Origin: Promethearchaeota archaeon
GTDB lineage: Archaea; Asgardarchaeota; Lokiarchaeia; Sigyniarchaeales; SOKP01
Assembly: GCA_048938895.1 (NCBI GenBank)
Contig: JBHLLU010000073.1
Span: 1-16,607 of the forward strand
Length of the DNA stretch: 16,607 nt
Reading direction: 5' to 3'
In this document: piece after piece, positions 14,026 to 16,607 of the stretch
How the letters are laid out: the number at the start of each line of letters is the position of its first letter
How positions within the stretch are numbered: the first letter of the stretch is position 1
Made by a program: the position numbers and the translations under genes
The notes under the pieces: model-generated
The model's input: only the letters and a program-made list of their open reading frames with translations
Database searches by the model: none
What the model was told of the DNA's origin: nothing

Positions 14026-15459
14026 TTATTTTTTCCTAATTTGTAATAAAACTATAACTAAATCGTTTACATTACATCCTGTCAAACCGGTGACTATTTC
14101 AGTTTTATTTAATTTGAAAAAACAATTCGAATCATTAGATTTTAGATATTTTAATATACTTTTTTTATCCCGTCTTTTTAATATATCATTGTCTATTAAA
14201 GCACCCATAGCATGACTATTTCCTTCTATGCCATCAAGGTTAGCTCCTAAAATTGCAAAATCCCAATCAATCTCTTGTTTTTCTACACTATTTAAAAAAC
14301 TTAGTAGCATTTCTTGATTTCTACCACCAATTCCATTACCTTTTATCGTTACAGTCAATTCACCAGTGCCAATTAAGGCAAGTTTACCAGAAATATCTTT
14401 CTCAATTGCATCCTCTATTCTTTTGAGAACAATTCTATATAAGTTTTTGCCATATTCTACTGCTTCCCCTGCAATCTCATTAGAAAAATAATGAGTTTTA
14501 AAACCTTCTGCTTCCAAAAATGAGATCGCTTTTTCTACTGCTATTTCAACAGTTCCAATTACATAATTATGAACATTGTTGAAAGATTTGTCGTTATACT
14601 TAGGATTTTCAAGTTTCTCGTCTTTTAGACCGTTGCTAATATGAATCCTTATGGATTCAGGGACTTTTTCATAAAGAGTATACTTGTTTAAAATTGTATG
14701 GGCATCATGAAACGTACTTGTGTCAGGTACAGTCGGTCCAGACGCTATGATATCTAAATTATCCCCTACAACATCTGATATAATTAAACTGATTAATTTT
14801 GCTCCACTTGATGTATATGTCGTTCTAGCAATATTTCCACCTTTAATAGCAGATATATGTTTTCGGACGACATTTATTTCATGTATTGATGCTCCAGACT
14901 CCAGGAGAAGGGTATTCAAGATTTGTATATCTTCTAAACTTATTCCTTTTATAGGTAAAGGTAATAATGCTGACCCCCCTCCAGATATTAAAAACAATAT
15001 TAAATCATTGGTAGTTGAGTTTTCTATAAGGTTTACCATTTCTTTTGCACCATCAAGCCCACCCTTATCTGGAATAGGATGAGAAGCATAATTAATTTTG
15101 ATTTTAGTTTGTTTCAACTTCTCAGAATCTACTGAATCTTTAGGAACATTAATAAGACCTTGATATTTAATCTCTTTATTTTGATTCAATATATTTTCCA
15201 GTGAAAGAGCCATATCGGCTGCAGCTTTTCCTCCACCAACAATATAGAGTTTATTTACTTTCTTAAGATCGTAATCATCATTCTGAATAGTTAATATGTT
15301 ATTCTTTATTTTAATAGAAGATTTAATTAAATTTTGAGGTTTAACAGCCTTAATTGCTATTTCAAGAGTCTCAAGAATAATTTTTCTTAGATATAATTGA
15401 TTTTTGTCCAGATCTTTATTAAGAAGTTCAGAAATATTTTGAATATATATTGAAAACAC
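14026..15459 (-). CDS. gck: Glycerate 2-kinase (MOFRL / DUF4147, GckA-TtuD family), GTG start
   Basis: VGGGKAA, ASHPIPD, LISGGGSALL, INVVRKHISAIKGG, IISDVVGD, IASGPT, GIGGRNQE and TGCNVNDL. Confidence 0.92.
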   Translation of the reverse strand: MFSIYIQNISELLNKDLDKNQLYLRKIILETLEIAIKAVKPQNLIKSSIKIKNNILTIQNDDYDLKKVNKLYIVGGGKAAADMALSLENILNQNKEIKYQGLINVPKDSVDSEKLKQTKIKINYASHPIPDKGGLDGAKEMVNLIENSTTNDLILFLISGGGSALLPLPIKGISLEDIQILNTLLLESGASIHEINVVRKHISAIKGGNIARTTYTSSGAKLISLIISDVVGDNLDIIASGPTVPDTSTFHDAHTILNKYTLYEKVPESIRIHISNGLKDEKLENPKYNDKSFNNVHNYVIGTVEIAVEKAISFLEAEGFKTHYFSNEIAGEAVEYGKNLYRIVLKRIEDAIEKDISGKLALIGTGELTVTIKGNGIGGRNQEMLLSFLNSVEKQEIDWDFAILGANLDGIEGNSHAMGALIDNDILKRRDKKSILKYLKSNDSNCFFKLNKTEIVTGLTGCNVNDLVIVLLQIRKK

Positions 15460-15639
15460 ACCTTGATTAAAATTAATACGTATTCTGATCGTTAATCTCG
15501 ATCTAATCCGATAATTTGTATAGCTTTGGTTTAATATGCTTATTTCTATTTATAATTTTATGTAAGCAAATTTATTACTTAATGTATTATTTAAAATTTA
15601 AATAGGAAATATTTATTAATCAGCAGTTATGAGAGAAAT

Positions 15640-16607
15640 ATGCCTGATCTTATTTATGATATAGCTATAATTGGGGCAGGTCCTGGAGGTTATCATGCAG
15701 CGATAAGAGCGGCTCAATATGGAGCAAAAGTTGCTTTAATTGAGAAAGAAAAACTTGGGGGGACTTGTCTGAATCGTGGTTGTATTCCCACAAAAGCTTT
15801 ATATGCTTCTGTTGAATCTATTGAGAAACTAAAGGATTTTGAGGATTTTGGTATAAAAATTATAGATTATACTCTTGACTTTAAAAAAGCTGTAGAAAGG
15901 AAAAACCGCATAGTTGAAGAGTTAGTAAACGGAATAGAAGTATTAGAGAAAGCATGGAAAAATGATATATATTTTGGACATGGTAAAATTATAGGAGGAA
16001 GCAAGACTTCTGGTTTTACTATCTCAATTCAGGATGAAAATCATACTCTCATTAAAGCAAAGAGTGTTATTCTAGCAACAGGCTCTTCTCCTGCCTTAAT
16101 TCCGTCGTTCAATATAGACCATGAAAAAATTTTAACAAGTGACGATATTTTAGACCCTAATTTCATTACTGTTCCGGATAAGTTACTAATTATAGGAGCT
16201 GGAGTAATCGGGTGTGAATTTGCAAATATCTTTGCATCGTTTGGCAGTAAGGTTACAATGTTGGAATATCTTTCTTCACCGATAGCTACTGAAGAGCACA
16301 TGATAGTAAAAGAACTAATAAAAAAGTTCAATGAATTGGAAATTGAGATAAAAACATCTCAAAATGTATTATCTATTACAAATACAGGTTCAGGTGTGAA
16401 GGCAATAACATGTGCTGCTTCTGTTCCGAAAGATAAAATTGAGGAAGCAGAGAAGTTTATTTTTGAAGCAGATTTATGTTTAGTTTCAATAGGGAGAGTA
16501 AAAGAATCAAAAGATCTAGGATTGGAAGCCCTGGGAATTAAAACAGATAGGGGTGCTATAAAATGTAATAGCAATACATTAGAAACTTCTGTGGATGGAA
16601 TATATGC
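15640..16607 (+). CDS. lpdA: Dihydrolipoamide dehydrogenase (E3 / L-protein); 3' partial, absent from the ORF track
   Basis: From ATG 15640: MPDLIYDIAIIGAGPGGYHAAIRAAQYGAKVALIEKEKLGGTCLNRGCIPTKAL (FAD motif plus redox-active CxxxxC). Later ILATGS, IIGAGVIGCEFA and SIGR; the window ends in ETSVDGIY. Confidence 0.93.
   Translation, partial: MPDLIYDIAIIGAGPGGYHAAIRAAQYGAKVALIEKEKLGGTCLNRGCIPTKALYASVESIEKLKDFEDFGIKIIDYTLDFKKAVERKNRIVEELVNGIEVLEKAWKNDIYFGHGKIIGGSKTSGFTISIQDENHTLIKAKSVILATGSSPALIPSFNIDHEKILTSDDILDPNFITVPDKLLIIGAGVIGCEFANIFASFGSKVTMLEYLSSPIATEEHMIVKELIKKFNELEIEIKTSQNVLSITNTGSGVKAITCAASVPKDKIEEAEKFIFEADLCLVSIGRVKESKDLGLEALGIKTDRGAIKCNSNTLETSVDGIY

Noticed and set aside
12373-15082. 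Short ORFs 12373-12591(-), 12906-13283(+), 12964-13149(+), 13515-13787(+), 14720-15082(+)
   Set aside because: Alternate-frame or antisense shadows. The poly-Ser and His-rich runs are just the reverse complement of the acidic loop codons.
16041-16574. ORFs 16041-16331(-) and 16359-16574(-)
   Set aside because: Antisense to the clear lpdA reading frame on the plus strand.
1-16607. CRISPR arrays, tRNA/rRNA genes, transposases, integrases, defence systems
   Set aside because: I saw no regularly spaced repeats, no GC-rich structured RNA segments and no mobile-element or defence motifs. Intergenic gaps are short and AT-rich.

Overview
AT-rich (roughly 30% GC by eye), gene-dense prokaryotic window. 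Gene content and style (stand-alone longin-like protein, ADP-forming acyl-CoA synthetase, tungsten-type AOR, oligo-T terminators) suggest an anaerobic archaeon, most likely Asgard/Lokiarchaeia; this is inference. Positions 1-9241 hold a catabolic and redox block: a 5'-truncated AbgB-like M20 amidohydrolase, an NDP-forming acyl-CoA synthetase alpha subunit, two small hypothetical proteins (one a C2H2-type zinc finger), two tandem C_GCAxxG_C_C proteins, a saccharopine-dehydrogenase-like oxidoreductase, and a divergent Fe-ADH + AOR operon. Positions 9370-13756 hold the most interesting locus, three adjacent genes without signal peptides: a longin-like protein, a 7-bladed FG-GAP-type beta-propeller with two winged-helix-like domains, and a 713-aa beta-sandwich protein whose N-terminal half resembles the adaptin mu-homology domain. 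Together they are a candidate proto-adaptor/proto-coat module. The window ends with a MOFRL glycerate kinase and a 3'-truncated dihydrolipoamide dehydrogenase that the ORF track misses. I saw no RNA genes, CRISPR arrays or mobile elements. All family assignments come from recognising motifs by eye; no searches were run.
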